A DNA stretch of 64,000 nt from Bacteroidales bacterium (lineage in GTDB: Bacteria > Bacteroidota > Bacteroidia > Bacteroidales > UBA932). This document shows, in pieces, positions 46,822 through 56,409 of this stretch. The position numbers were made by a program, and so were the translations under genes. Each line of letters begins with the position of its first letter. Position 1 is the first letter of the stretch. Below the pieces are notes generated by a model. That model saw only the letters and a program-made list of their open reading frames with translations. It did not search any database and was not told where the DNA came from. The stretch spans positions 10,553-74,552 of the forward strand of contig JAEEXZ010000003.1 of the NCBI GenBank assembly GCA_016288055.1. The letters are read 5' to 3'.

Positions 46822-47559
46822 CTAAAATTTCGGATCGAAATGCGGGATGGGCTTCAGCTTGAACTGGTTCATCGCGTACTTGCGGTCGATCAAAGCCTTG
46901 ACGGCCGGGTCTTCGCACACGCCCGTACGGATGTACTTGTCCAGCACCGCGTAGGTAAAGCCCAGATTATCCTCGTCCGTCTTGCCGGTAAGGCCGTCGG
47001 AAGGGGCCTTTTCCACAAGGTCGCCGGGCAGGCCGAGAACCTTGCCGATAGCCTTCACCTCCTGCACCGTGAGGCCGCCCAGCGGAGAAAAGTCGCCGGC
47101 GGCATCTCCGTAGCGGGTGCTGTAACCCACCCAATCCTCGGAGAGGTTGCAGGTATTGGCCACACGGCCGTTGTTGCTCTGGGAAATGGCATACAGGGAC
47201 GTCATGCGCAGGCGGGGGGCCATGTTGATGCGCGTCTGGGCGCTGGCCGGATGCCCCAGCTTGTCCTCCACCTCGGCCATGAGGGCCTGGAAGGCGGAAC
47301 CGATATTGATGTCATACCGCTTGATTCCCAGATGTTCGATCAGCTTGACAGAGTCGTCGATGTCCGGCTGGACACCGTTGGGCATGGTAACGCCGATGAC
47401 ACGGTCCTTGCCCAAAGCCTCAACGCACAGGGCGGCGCAGACGCTGCTGTCCTTGCCTCCGGAAATGCCTACCACGGCATTGCAACCTTTACCATTCTCC
47501 TCGAACCAGTCGCGGATCCACTGGACGCACGCGTCCTTTACTTTTTCTGCGTCAAACAT
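46822..47559 (-). CDS. nadE: NH3-dependent NAD+ synthetase
   Basis: GISGGKDS, RLRM, GYSTRYGD and APSDGL...TDE. Confidence 0.93.
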   Translation of the reverse strand: MFDAEKVKDACVQWIRDWFEENGKGCNAVVGISGGKDSSVCAALCVEALGKDRVIGVTMPNGVQPDIDDSVKLIEHLGIKRYDINIGSAFQALMAEVEDKLGHPASAQTRINMAPRLRMTSLYAISQSNNGRVANTCNLSEDWVGYSTRYGDAAGDFSPLGGLTVQEVKAIGKVLGLPGDLVEKAPSDGLTGKTDEDNLGFTYAVLDKYIRTGVCEDPAVKALIDRKYAMNQFKLKPIPHFDPKF

Positions 47560-47562
47560 AAA

Positions 47563-48870
47563 TTATTTAGCTCGTGTATATACCTGGATGGGGCAGCCTT
47601 CGAAGTCGAAGTGCTCGCGGAGCTTGTTCTCCAGGAAGCGCTTGTAGGGGTCCTTCACCCACTGCGGCAAGTTGCAGAAGAAAGCAAACTGGGGAGTGCG
47701 CGTGGGCAGCTGCGTCACATATTTGATCTTGATGTATTTACCCTTCCATGCCGGCGGCGGGTAGTTCTCGATTTCCGGCAGCATGGCGTCGTTGAGCTGG
47801 CTGGTGGAAATCTTCCGGGACATGTTGGCGGCCACGCGGGCGGCGGCGTCCAGCACATCCAGGATGCGCTGCTTGTTGAGCACGGAAGTAAAGATGACGG
47901 GGATGTCGTTGAAGGGAGCTAGGCGTGCCTTGAGGGCCTCGGTGTACTCCTTCATGGTATTTACGTCCTTCTCGAAGAGGTCCCACTTGTTCACTACGAT
48001 TACGCAGCCCTTGCGGTTCTTCTGGATGACGTTGAAAATGTTCATGTCCTGCGCTTCCATGCCCAGGGTGGCGTCGATCATCAGGATGCAGACGTCACTG
48101 TGTTCGATGGTGCGCATGGCGCGCAGCACGGAGTAGAACTCCAGGTCCTCGGTGACCTTGCCGCGTTTGCGCATGCCGGCCGTGTCCACGATCATGAACT
48201 CATGGCCGAACTTGTTGTAATACGTGGAGATGGAGTCGCGGGTGGTACCGGCCACCGGCGTCACGATATTGCGTTCCTCACCCAGGAGGGCGTTGGTCAG
48301 GGAAGACTTGCCCACGTTCGGACGGCCCACGATGGCGATGTGGGGGATGTCGGAGTGGTCATCGGCCTCGGCGGCATCTTCCGGAAGGAGGCGTACAATC
48401 TCGTCCAGGAGGTCTCCGGTGCCGCTGCCGTTGGCGGCCGATATGCTCCAGACTTCTCCCAGGCCCAGGCCATAGAAGTCATAGGCGTCATACATCTTTT
48501 CGCCGCTGTCCACCTTGTTCACGCAGAGCACGACGGGTTTCTTGGAGCGGCGCAGCAGGTCTGCAATTTCGGAATCGTAATCCGTAATGCCGGTGGCTGC
48601 CTCGCACATGAACAGGACCAGGTCCGCCTCATCGACGGCGATGACTACCTGACGGCGGATGGCGTCCTCGAAGACGTCATCGGAGTTGGAGGTATAGCCG
48701 CCCGTGTCCACCACGGAGAATTCGCGGCCGCACCATTCGCACTTGCCGTAATGCCGGTCACGCGTTACGCCGGCGGTTTCGTCCACAATGGCCTGGCGCA
48801 TTCCCACCAGACGGTTGAACAGCGTTGATTTTCCTACGTTCGGTCTCCCGACTATCGCTACTAATGCCAT
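47563..48870 (-). CDS. der: Ribosome biogenesis GTPase Der
   Basis: Two GRPNVGKS G-domains plus a KH-like C-terminus. Confidence 0.97.
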   Translation of the reverse strand: MALVAIVGRPNVGKSTLFNRLVGMRQAIVDETAGVTRDRHYGKCEWCGREFSVVDTGGYTSNSDDVFEDAIRRQVVIAVDEADLVLFMCEAATGITDYDSEIADLLRRSKKPVVLCVNKVDSGEKMYDAYDFYGLGLGEVWSISAANGSGTGDLLDEIVRLLPEDAAEADDHSDIPHIAIVGRPNVGKSSLTNALLGEERNIVTPVAGTTRDSISTYYNKFGHEFMIVDTAGMRKRGKVTEDLEFYSVLRAMRTIEHSDVCILMIDATLGMEAQDMNIFNVIQKNRKGCVIVVNKWDLFEKDVNTMKEYTEALKARLAPFNDIPVIFTSVLNKQRILDVLDAAARVAANMSRKISTSQLNDAMLPEIENYPPPAWKGKYIKIKYVTQLPTRTPQFAFFCNLPQWVKDPYKRFLENKLREHFDFEGCPIQVYTRAK

Positions 48871-48897
48871 AATGACAAATCAATTAAATTAATCGAT

Positions 48898-48924
48898 AGA
48901 TTCTTCACTTCGTTCAGAATGACA
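48898..48924. repeat. Intergenic REP-like element
   Basis: AGATTCTTCACTTCGTTCAGAATGACA; near-copy inside ribF. Confidence 0.75.
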
Positions 48925-48927
48925 GAA

Positions 48928-50451
48928 TCATTTTGCAAAGATACACATTTCTTCATTAAAGGCGGGACTTTCCACCCCGAAGAAATGCAGAATGCTGTGA
49001 AACACATAGTGTTGTCCGATATCCGGAATCTCCTTGTACTTCATGGAAGGGTCTGACGTCCACACCACCATGGGAATGTCCAGCTGCTCCCGGGGAGCCA
49101 TGGAATAGGGCACGCCGTGCATGTACAGATTGTTTTCTCCCAGGGACTCGCCGTGGTCGGAGACAAACAGCATCATCGTGCGGCGGTCCGGGAAAGAGCG
49201 CAGCACCTCAATCACCTGATGCATAAGATAATCCGTATAGACAATACTGTTGTCATAGGCGTTGTTAAGCTCCTCCGGACTGGTCTTGGACATTTCCACC
49301 GTGCTGCAGACAGGGGTGAACACGGTAAACTCCTCCGGATAGTTGGTGTTGTAGGAAGGACCGTGGTTGGTATAGGCGTGGATGACCACGAACACCTTGG
49401 TGCTGTCGCTGGAGGCGATTTCCTCCCGCAGGCCTTCCAGGAGAAGGCCGTCGTAGCGGGAATCGGCCTCGGGATAGCGTTCCTTGAGCTGGGCGAACGT
49501 GTAATACTTCTCCGTGTGCACCGGAGGCTCTCCCCAGTTGTTGGTGCGCCAGATTACGTCGGCCCCGGCACGCTGGAGGTAGTTGGGCAGAATCTCGTGC
49601 AGTTCGGGCGTATCCACCGGCTCCAGGATGGCCTTCACGCCCGCCATGGTATAGGTGGCCGACGAAGTGCCCCGGTACGCCTTCACGCTGTCCGCGGCGG
49701 TGTAGCGGTTGGTCTCCCGTTCATATCCCAGCAGGGAGAAACGGTCTCCGCGGGCCGACTCGCCGATGAACAGCACGCAGATATCCCGGGAATCGCTCAC
49801 GGCCGTGGGGTCCGGCAGCGGGATCTCCTTCTGGTTCTTCTGGCGCTGGGCGGCATAGTAGCGGAAGGTGTTCACGGTATAGGACCAGGGCATGATGAGG
49901 CTGCCCAGTTCCGTGGAGTTCTTGTCAATCCAGGGCCAGTTCTTCATATTGCCGAAGACCGCGCCCAGCAGGACGCCGACCGCAATGCCGACGCTGGCAA
50001 GAAGACGCTTCCAGGAGCCGTATTCCACCTTGCGCCGGAATACATAGATGCAGGGCAGCACGCCCAGGAACAGGATATACAGGACAAAAGAGAAGGAGAA
50101 GAAGCCGGACGCCTCCGAGTACTGCGTATTGAGGACGTTTCCCATCATCTCGTCCGTTACCAGCACGTCGTAGTTGTTCACGAAGTAGAGCATGACGGCA
50201 TCCCCCACCAGGGTGAATGCAATGATGCATTTACCAACCACCCGGCCCAGCCAGGCCAGCAGGTAATACAGCAGGAAATCCAGGCAGGCCAGCAGCACCG
50301 CCGCCGTCCCGATGATGACCGCACCGTTGAACCCTCCGTCCGTCAGTTTCACGGCATGACTGAAGAAGGGGGCGTGAAAAGCCACCAGCGTATAGATGGT
50401 CAGGGCCAGGCTGTAAGCGGCCAGGCTGGCTTTCTCCTTGAATAATTTCAT
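48928..50451 (-). CDS. Phosphoethanolamine transferase (EptA/MCR superfamily)
   Basis: Five N-terminal TM helices; GESAR, SATYT, HGP.Y, YDNSI.YTD and SDHGESLGE...HG. Confidence 0.88.
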   Translation of the reverse strand: MKLFKEKASLAAYSLALTIYTLVAFHAPFFSHAVKLTDGGFNGAVIIGTAAVLLACLDFLLYYLLAWLGRVVGKCIIAFTLVGDAVMLYFVNNYDVLVTDEMMGNVLNTQYSEASGFFSFSFVLYILFLGVLPCIYVFRRKVEYGSWKRLLASVGIAVGVLLGAVFGNMKNWPWIDKNSTELGSLIMPWSYTVNTFRYYAAQRQKNQKEIPLPDPTAVSDSRDICVLFIGESARGDRFSLLGYERETNRYTAADSVKAYRGTSSATYTMAGVKAILEPVDTPELHEILPNYLQRAGADVIWRTNNWGEPPVHTEKYYTFAQLKERYPEADSRYDGLLLEGLREEIASSDSTKVFVVIHAYTNHGPSYNTNYPEEFTVFTPVCSTVEMSKTSPEELNNAYDNSIVYTDYLMHQVIEVLRSFPDRRTMMLFVSDHGESLGENNLYMHGVPYSMAPREQLDIPMVVWTSDPSMKYKEIPDIGQHYVFHSILHFFGVESPAFNEEMCIFAK

Positions 50452-51626
50452 CGTTTTCTGAAAAGTTTGACAATAGCCCGCAGCAGCAGGCCGGTCACGG
50501 CCAGTGCCAGCAGGTTATAGAGGATGGTCAGCACCCAGTTCACGCGCTGCGGCGCGTTGTTGAAGGGATCGGGGGCCGATGCCGCGTCGTAGCGGGCAAA
50601 GGGATTGGAATAGATGACCGCACCGTCCGGGAAAAAGGCCGTCATGCGGGCGAAGGGATCTTCGGGGCGGAAGGTATAGGCCAGGGAATCCGTATTGCAG
50701 GCCAGGGCCAGCGTGGCATGGTCCTGCCCGTTGACCCGGATGCTGTCGGCCTGCGCGGAGAGTTTCATGAAGATCGTCTTCCCTTCCAGGCCAATGTTCT
50801 CCACCTTCGGAAGCCGATGGTTTTCCACCCGCTTGACCTCCCAGTCACCGTTACCGTAATCGGGCACCCGCATGGAGTAATAGCAGCCGCCAAGGAGGGC
50901 CTTTTTGATATCCTCATAACGGCCGGAGGGGGTCTGGACGAAATTGCAACGGATAGCGGTCTTCTCGTGCAGTTCGGGGTGGTGAAGGTCGTCGTTGGCC
51001 AGCCCGAAGCTGTAATGGCCGGCACTGAGGGCCCAGTCCCAGTATTCGTTTTCCGTGCTGATATGCGTATCCAGTTCCATGATCTGGTAACCGGAAATCT
51101 TCTCCAGGTGGCTCTTCCGCGAAAAACGCACCCGGTAGGGGTGGTTCATCTGGATGAAATCGCAGCTGCGGCCCAGATAGTCCATGCAGAACTGCTTCTG
51201 GGAGGCGGTAAGCGGAAGCAGCGGATCCCAGTGGATGACCTTCCGGCTGCCGAACACCAGCAGATGGTACTGCGGGATGCTGTAGCCGTGTTCGTACACA
51301 TTCACCTGCAGCGCAGTATCATAGGGATGGGTGGTAATCTCGTTATGGTTGGAGAAGGTGACGATGTCGTATCCCAGCGAACGGTACACGGAATCCACGT
51401 GGCCCGGCCAGTAGGGGCACTCGTTCATCGGCCAGGGGCCTTTCACCCGCGTGTGCGTGTGGAAGACGGCCCTTTTCCAGCCCTGGGCGGTATCCAGCGA
51501 GGCGTAAGGGTTAAAGATATCCTCCCCATGGAAAGCCTCCGGAGAGCGGAAGCTATAAACAGGGCCGACGCCGGTAACCACCAGCGCCAGCACGAATAAA
51601 AGTATAAGGGTCTTCAGAATCCTCAT
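50448..51626 (-). CDS. Membrane-anchored PHP-like phosphoesterase
   Basis: HTHT, SNHN, NHP and DDLH metal motifs; N- and C-terminal TM helices. Start 51626 (ATGA overlap). Confidence 0.65.
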   Translation of the reverse strand: MRILKTLILLFVLALVVTGVGPVYSFRSPEAFHGEDIFNPYASLDTAQGWKRAVFHTHTRVKGPWPMNECPYWPGHVDSVYRSLGYDIVTFSNHNEITTHPYDTALQVNVYEHGYSIPQYHLLVFGSRKVIHWDPLLPLTASQKQFCMDYLGRSCDFIQMNHPYRVRFSRKSHLEKISGYQIMELDTHISTENEYWDWALSAGHYSFGLANDDLHHPELHEKTAIRCNFVQTPSGRYEDIKKALLGGCYYSMRVPDYGNGDWEVKRVENHRLPKVENIGLEGKTIFMKLSAQADSIRVNGQDHATLALACNTDSLAYTFRPEDPFARMTAFFPDGAVIYSNPFARYDAASAPDPFNNAPQRVNWVLTILYNLLALAVTGLLLRAIVKLFRKR

Positions 51627-51871
51627 CGGCAATTCAGTGAACAGGAAGAGCAGGCGTCCGACACGTTGCCGTCGCACACCTGCTTCTTTCCTTTGGCCGC
51701 AGCGAGCATTTCCATCTCTTCCTGCTTGGCGCATTTGATGCCCCGCTTCCGCATTTCAGGGTTCGTAGAAATCTCCCCGTCCGGGAAGGGACGGTGGAAA
51801 AAGAAGATGTTCACGCCGAGAAGGATGACGGCGATACCTACGAAGAAGATGGCGGCAAACAGGGTTTTCAT
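51623..51871 (-). CDS. Small membrane protein with a Cys-rich tail
   Basis: One TM helix; FP...MRKRGIKC; CSSCSLNC; tightly packed in the operon. Confidence 0.7.
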   Translation of the reverse strand: MKTLFAAIFFVGIAVILLGVNIFFFHRPFPDGEISTNPEMRKRGIKCAKQEEMEMLAAAKGKKQVCDGNVSDACSSCSLNCR

Positions 51872-51874
51872 ACG

Positions 51875-52870
51875 CTAAAGCGGGAATTCGGAGGAAATGG
51901 GCTGATAATTATATACGCGCAGGATCATCCGGGCGAAGGTATCGGCCAGGGAAACCACGCGGAATTTACCCCAGTACTCCTTCTTGGCAGGATTCAGGGG
52001 AATGGTATCGGTTACATACACCTCGCTCAGGGCCGATGCCTCGATGCGTTCGTAGGCGGGGCCGGAGAGGACAGGGTGCGTAGCAAAAGCACGGACACTG
52101 CGGGCGCCGCGCTTGAGGAGCTCGTTGGCGGCCTCGGTGAGGGTGCCGGCGGTGTCGATGATATCGTCAATGATAACGATGTCGCGGCCTTCGACCTCGC
52201 CGATCGGGACAATCTTCTCGATCACGTTGGCCTTGGCGCGCGTCTTGTGGCAGATGACCACGGGCGTGTGGAGGTTCTTGGCGTAGGCGTGGACGCGCTT
52301 GGCGCCGCCCATGTCGGGAGCAGCCAGGGTGAGGGTGTCCTTGAACTCCTTCTGGAGGTTCTTCAGGATGCCCAGGAAATCATAGCTGGCATACAGGTGG
52401 TTCACAGGGAAGTCAAAGAAGCCCTGGATCTGGTCTGCGTGCAGGTCGCAGGTCATTACGGCGTCTGCGCCGGCCACCTTCAGCATGTTGGCGACGAGCT
52501 TGGCGCCGATGGAAGTGCGGGGCTTGTCTTTACGGTCCTGACGGGCCCAGCCATAGTAAGGGATCACAGCGATCACTTTGTTGGCCGATGCGCGCTTGGC
52601 GGCATCGATGCTCAGGAGGAGCTCCATCAGATTGTCACTGGTGGGGAAAGTGGACTGGATAATGAAGCAGGTTGCGCCACGTACGCTTTCGGCGAACGAG
52701 GGCTGGAATTCACCATCGCTGAAACGCGCGCACTCCAGGGGTCCCAGGACCACCTCGGGGTCGTTTGCATCTTTCATGCGATTCATAGCGGCAACTACTT
52801 TCTCGGCAAAATAGCGAGAAGCATCACAAGTAAACAGCGCCATCCGGTGCTTATGGACATCGTTTATCAT
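51875..52870 (-). CDS. prs: Ribose-phosphate pyrophosphokinase
   Basis: FSDGE, ARQDRK, DLHADQIQGFF and DDIIDTAGT. Confidence 0.96.
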   Translation of the reverse strand: MINDVHKHRMALFTCDASRYFAEKVVAAMNRMKDANDPEVVLGPLECARFSDGEFQPSFAESVRGATCFIIQSTFPTSDNLMELLLSIDAAKRASANKVIAVIPYYGWARQDRKDKPRTSIGAKLVANMLKVAGADAVMTCDLHADQIQGFFDFPVNHLYASYDFLGILKNLQKEFKDTLTLAAPDMGGAKRVHAYAKNLHTPVVICHKTRAKANVIEKIVPIGEVEGRDIVIIDDIIDTAGTLTEAANELLKRGARSVRAFATHPVLSGPAYERIEASALSEVYVTDTIPLNPAKKEYWGKFRVVSLADTFARMILRVYNYQPISSEFPL

Positions 52871-53463
52871 AAGGTAGTAAGAATAGTTCCGATATAGTTA
52901 AGAATTTCTTCCCTGCCGGTCCCGTTGGCCGATGAGGAAACAAAGCACGGCGGCAGTTCCTCCCAGTCCTCCAGAAGCCGGCCTTTGTTTTCCTCCACCT
53001 GGCGTTCCAGTGCCTCAGTGCCCTGTTTGTCCGCCTTGGTGAAGATAAGGCCGAAGGGTATTCCCTTCTCTCCCAGCTCAGAGATGAAACGCAAGTCCAC
53101 TTCCTGCATCGGGTGGCGGCTGTCCACAAGCACCATGAGCATCACCATCTCCTCGGAATGGTTGATGTAATCCCAGATGATGTGGCGCAGGCGCGCGCGG
53201 TCCTTGTCCGGCAGGCGTGCATAGCCATAGCCGGGAAGGTCCACCAGATACCAGTTATCGTTGATAAGGAAGTGGTTTACAAGCTGGGTCTTTCCAGGAG
53301 TCTGGGACGTCTTGGCCAGCTTGGAGTTTCCGGTGAGCATGTTGATGAGGGAGCTCTTCCCCACGTTGGAGCGGCCGATGAAAGCGAATTCCGGCAAACG
53401 CCGCTGGGGTTTCTGCCCCACCCGCGTGCTGCTGCCTGCAAATTCTGCACTTGTGATTTTCAT
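52867..53463 (-). CDS. engB: GTP-binding protein EngB/YihA
   Basis: GRSNVGKSS, DLPGYGY and TKADK. Start set at MKITS. Confidence 0.95.
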   Translation of the reverse strand: MKITSAEFAGSSTRVGQKPQRRLPEFAFIGRSNVGKSSLINMLTGNSKLAKTSQTPGKTQLVNHFLINDNWYLVDLPGYGYARLPDKDRARLRHIIWDYINHSEEMVMLMVLVDSRHPMQEVDLRFISELGEKGIPFGLIFTKADKQGTEALERQVEENKGRLLEDWEELPPCFVSSSANGTGREEILNYIGTILTTL

Positions 53464-53484
53464 TGCCCCTCCCGAATAACCATG

Positions 53485-53512
53485 CAAAGATAAGAATAAT
53501 TGAGTACCTTTG
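53485..53512. promoter_or_regulatory. Back-to-back -7 promoter elements for engB and tadA
   Basis: TATCTTTG on the minus strand (53485-53492) and TACCTTTG on the plus strand (53505-53512). Confidence 0.65.
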
Positions 53513-53516
53513 CAAT

Positions 53517-53951
53517 ATGGAAATGGATGAAAAATTCATGCGCGAAGCTCTTCGCGAAGCGCATGCCGCACAGGCGGCCGGGGAGATTCCCATCGGCGCC
53601 GTCGTCGTCTGGAAAGGACGCATCATCGGCCGGGGACACAACCAGACAGAACGTCTGAGAGACACCACCGCCCATGCGGAAATGATCGCCGTCACCGCCG
53701 CCACCGAAGCCATGGGAGGCAAGTACCTCACCGACTGCACCCTGTACGTCACGGTGGAGCCCTGCCCCATGTGCGCCGGCGCCCTGGCCTGGTCCCAGAT
53801 CAGCCGCATCGTGTACGGCGCCCCGGACCAGCGGCGCGGCTACTCCCTTTTCACTCCTTCCCTGCTACACCCCCGCACGGAGGCCGTCGGAGGCGTCCTC
53901 CAGGAGGAATGTGCAGCCCTCATGTTGGACTTCTTTAAAAACAAGCGATGA
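53517..53951 (+). CDS. tadA: tRNA adenosine deaminase-like nucleoside deaminase
   Basis: EIPIGAV, HAE and TVEPCPMC. Start is 53517 or 53523. Confidence 0.85.
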   Translation: MEMDEKFMREALREAHAAQAAGEIPIGAVVVWKGRIIGRGHNQTERLRDTTAHAEMIAVTAATEAMGGKYLTDCTLYVTVEPCPMCAGALAWSQISRIVYGAPDQRRGYSLFTPSLLHPRTEAVGGVLQEECAALMLDFFKNKR

Positions 53952-54517
53952 AAGGCATACATCTTTTTCTGGCCAACGGTTTCGAGGATATGGAAGCCCT
54001 GGCAACCCGTGACGTACTGGTTCGCGGAGGCGTACCGGTCATAACCGTTTCCATCACCGACGAATACCTGGTAGAGAGTTCCCACGGTCTGCAGGTAACC
54101 GCAGACACTTCCTGGGCAGACCTCGAAGTCATGGAGCCCGGGACATCGGCCGAAGATGTCATGATTTTCCCCGGCGGCATGCCCGGCAGCAAGAACCTCG
54201 CCGCCCACGCCGAGCTCATCGAAATCCTTCAGGACCACTGGGCCCGCGGGGGTGCGGTGGCCGCCATCTGTGCCGCTCCGGGACTGGTCGTATCCCAGCT
54301 GCCCGGCCTCTCCGGCAAACGCTTTACCTGCTTCCCCGGCTTCGAGGAGGCCCTCATCGGCCAGGGCGCCGTCCCTGAAAAAGAGGGAGTGGTCACGGAC
54401 GGCAACCTCATCACCGGACGCAGCGCCGGCTGGGCCGTGGAATTCGGCCTTGCCATCCTGGCATATCTGAAAGGGGCCGACACCGCCGCGAAAGTCCGCG
54501 AAGGACTGATGCCGTAG
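53948..54517 (+). CDS. DJ-1/PfpI (ThiJ) family protein
   Basis: GFEDMEA, PGGMPG and AICAAP. Confidence 0.92.
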   Translation: MKGIHLFLANGFEDMEALATRDVLVRGGVPVITVSITDEYLVESSHGLQVTADTSWADLEVMEPGTSAEDVMIFPGGMPGSKNLAAHAELIEILQDHWARGGAVAAICAAPGLVVSQLPGLSGKRFTCFPGFEEALIGQGAVPEKEGVVTDGNLITGRSAGWAVEFGLAILAYLKGADTAAKVREGLMP

Positions 54518-54518
54518 C

Positions 54519-55205
54519 TTAACGCCTGCGGCCGTTGGCGATGGCGATGTAGTAGAGAAGCGTGGCCAGCGAGCCGATGGCGGCGACCACATAAGTGAGG
54601 GCGGCCCATTTCAGGGCATCGACGGCCATGGGCCGGGTTTCATAACTGACGACACCTTCGTTCTCGAGCCACTTGACGGCGCGGGCGCTGGCGTTGATTT
54701 CCACCGGCAGGGTAATGAAACTGAACAGCGTCGTGAGGGCGAAGAGCCCGATCCCGATCCAGATGAGCATGGGGAAGGCGTTGATCAGAAGCACGCCGGC
54801 CAGGAGCACCCACGACACGATATTGCTGGAGAAGGAAACCACCGGAACCAGGGCGGAGCGCATCTGCAGCCAGGCATAACCGGTGGCGTGCTGTACGACA
54901 TGCCCGCACTCGTGCGCGGCGACGGCTGCCGCCGCCAGGGATTTCCCATAATAGACATCCTCGCTCAGGTTGACAGTCCGGGTAGTGGGATCGTAATGGT
55001 CCGTGAGTTTGCCGGGAATGGAAACGATCTTTACATCACGGATTCCGTGAGATTGCAGCATGCGGGAGGCAACCTCCGCCCCGCTCATGAGCATGGGAAC
55101 TTCCGAATACTTGGCAAAGCGACTTTTCAGGCGGGCCTGGATGAGCCAGCTGAGCGCCATGACCAATATCAGTAAAAACCAGATGGATTGATTGTCAAGA
55201 GTCAT
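54519..55205 (-). CDS. Membrane zinc metallopeptidase (YugP-like)
   Basis: LTDHYDP, AAHECGH, TLPVE.NAS and AALTYV. Confidence 0.9.
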   Translation of the reverse strand: MTLDNQSIWFLLILVMALSWLIQARLKSRFAKYSEVPMLMSGAEVASRMLQSHGIRDVKIVSIPGKLTDHYDPTTRTVNLSEDVYYGKSLAAAAVAAHECGHVVQHATGYAWLQMRSALVPVVSFSSNIVSWVLLAGVLLINAFPMLIWIGIGLFALTTLFSFITLPVEINASARAVKWLENEGVVSYETRPMAVDALKWAALTYVVAAIGSLATLLYYIAIANGRRR

Positions 55206-55280
55206 ATTCGATTGTTTTTGCAAAAATACATTTTTTATGACGAAATGTCAGCAGGAAGTGTTATTTTTGTGTTCTGAATC

Positions 55281-56396
55281 ATGGATTACTCACGCACTAT
55301 AGAAGAAGATTTTTCCCGCCTGGAGCTGAATCTGAAGGCCACGGTGGAAAACTACCGCTATTTCCGTACCCTGCTGGACCCGAAGACCAAACTGCTGGTC
55401 CTGGTAAAAGCCAACGCATACGGACACGGTGCCGTCGAGTTCGCCGCCATGATGCAGCGCGCCGGAGCCGATTACCTCGCCGTCGCCTACCCCGTGGAAG
55501 GGCTGGAGCTGCGCCGCAACGGTATCTCCCTGCCCATCCTGGTCCTCACCGCCGGAACGGATTTCTACCCGGAAATCGTGGAAACCCGCATGGAGCCCAG
55601 CATCCCCAACCTCTATTCCCTGAAAAAGCTGGTAGAGGTCCTTCGGGACAAAGGCATCAAAGACTATCCCGTACATATCAAACTGGACACCGGCATGCAC
55701 CGCCTGGGGTTCATGACCGAGGAACTGCCGGAGCTGATTGAATACCTGAAGGTCACCCCCGAGGTAAAAGTCAAGGCCGTGTTCTCCCACCTCTGCGTGG
55801 CCGAGGACCCGCAGGAGGACGCTTTCACCCTGGGACAGATCCATCTGTTCCGGGACAACGCCGCCACCATTGCCGACGGTATCGGCTACATGCCCATGCG
55901 GCACATCCTGAACAGCGCCGGCATCGAGCGTTTCCCCGAATACCAGTTCGACATGGTGCGCCTGGGAATCGGCATCTACGGGATCAGCGCCCTGCCGGGA
56001 AAAAAGCTGGCCCCCGTGGCTTCGCTCAAATGCAAGATCCTACAGATCAAGAAACTGGGTCCCGGAGAAACCGTCGGCTACGGCCGATGGGGACATGCCA
56101 AGGAAGGAACCGTCATCGCCACCATTCCGGTAGGCTATGCAGACGGTATCGACCGCCATCTGGGCCGCGGGAACGCCTCTTTCAGCGTGAACGGCCACCG
56201 CGCCCCCACTATCGGCAATATCTGCATGGATATGTGCATGATTGACGTGACCGGCATCCCGGCCTCACCCGGCGACACCGTAACCATCTTCGGGGAAGAC
56301 CCCACCGTCAGTGAACTCGCCGGCATCCTGGGGACCATCCCCTACGAGATTCTCGTCTCTGTCCCCCGCCGCATCCACCGGCTGGTAATCCGATAA
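55281..56396 (+). CDS. alr: Alanine racemase
   Basis: VKANAYGHG, DTGMHRLG, GYADG and CMD. Confidence 0.96.
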   Translation: MDYSRTIEEDFSRLELNLKATVENYRYFRTLLDPKTKLLVLVKANAYGHGAVEFAAMMQRAGADYLAVAYPVEGLELRRNGISLPILVLTAGTDFYPEIVETRMEPSIPNLYSLKKLVEVLRDKGIKDYPVHIKLDTGMHRLGFMTEELPELIEYLKVTPEVKVKAVFSHLCVAEDPQEDAFTLGQIHLFRDNAATIADGIGYMPMRHILNSAGIERFPEYQFDMVRLGIGIYGISALPGKKLAPVASLKCKILQIKKLGPGETVGYGRWGHAKEGTVIATIPVGYADGIDRHLGRGNASFSVNGHRAPTIGNICMDMCMIDVTGIPASPGDTVTIFGEDPTVSELAGILGTIPYEILVSVPRRIHRLVIR

Positions 56397-56409
56397 AAAA
56401 AGGGGTAAG

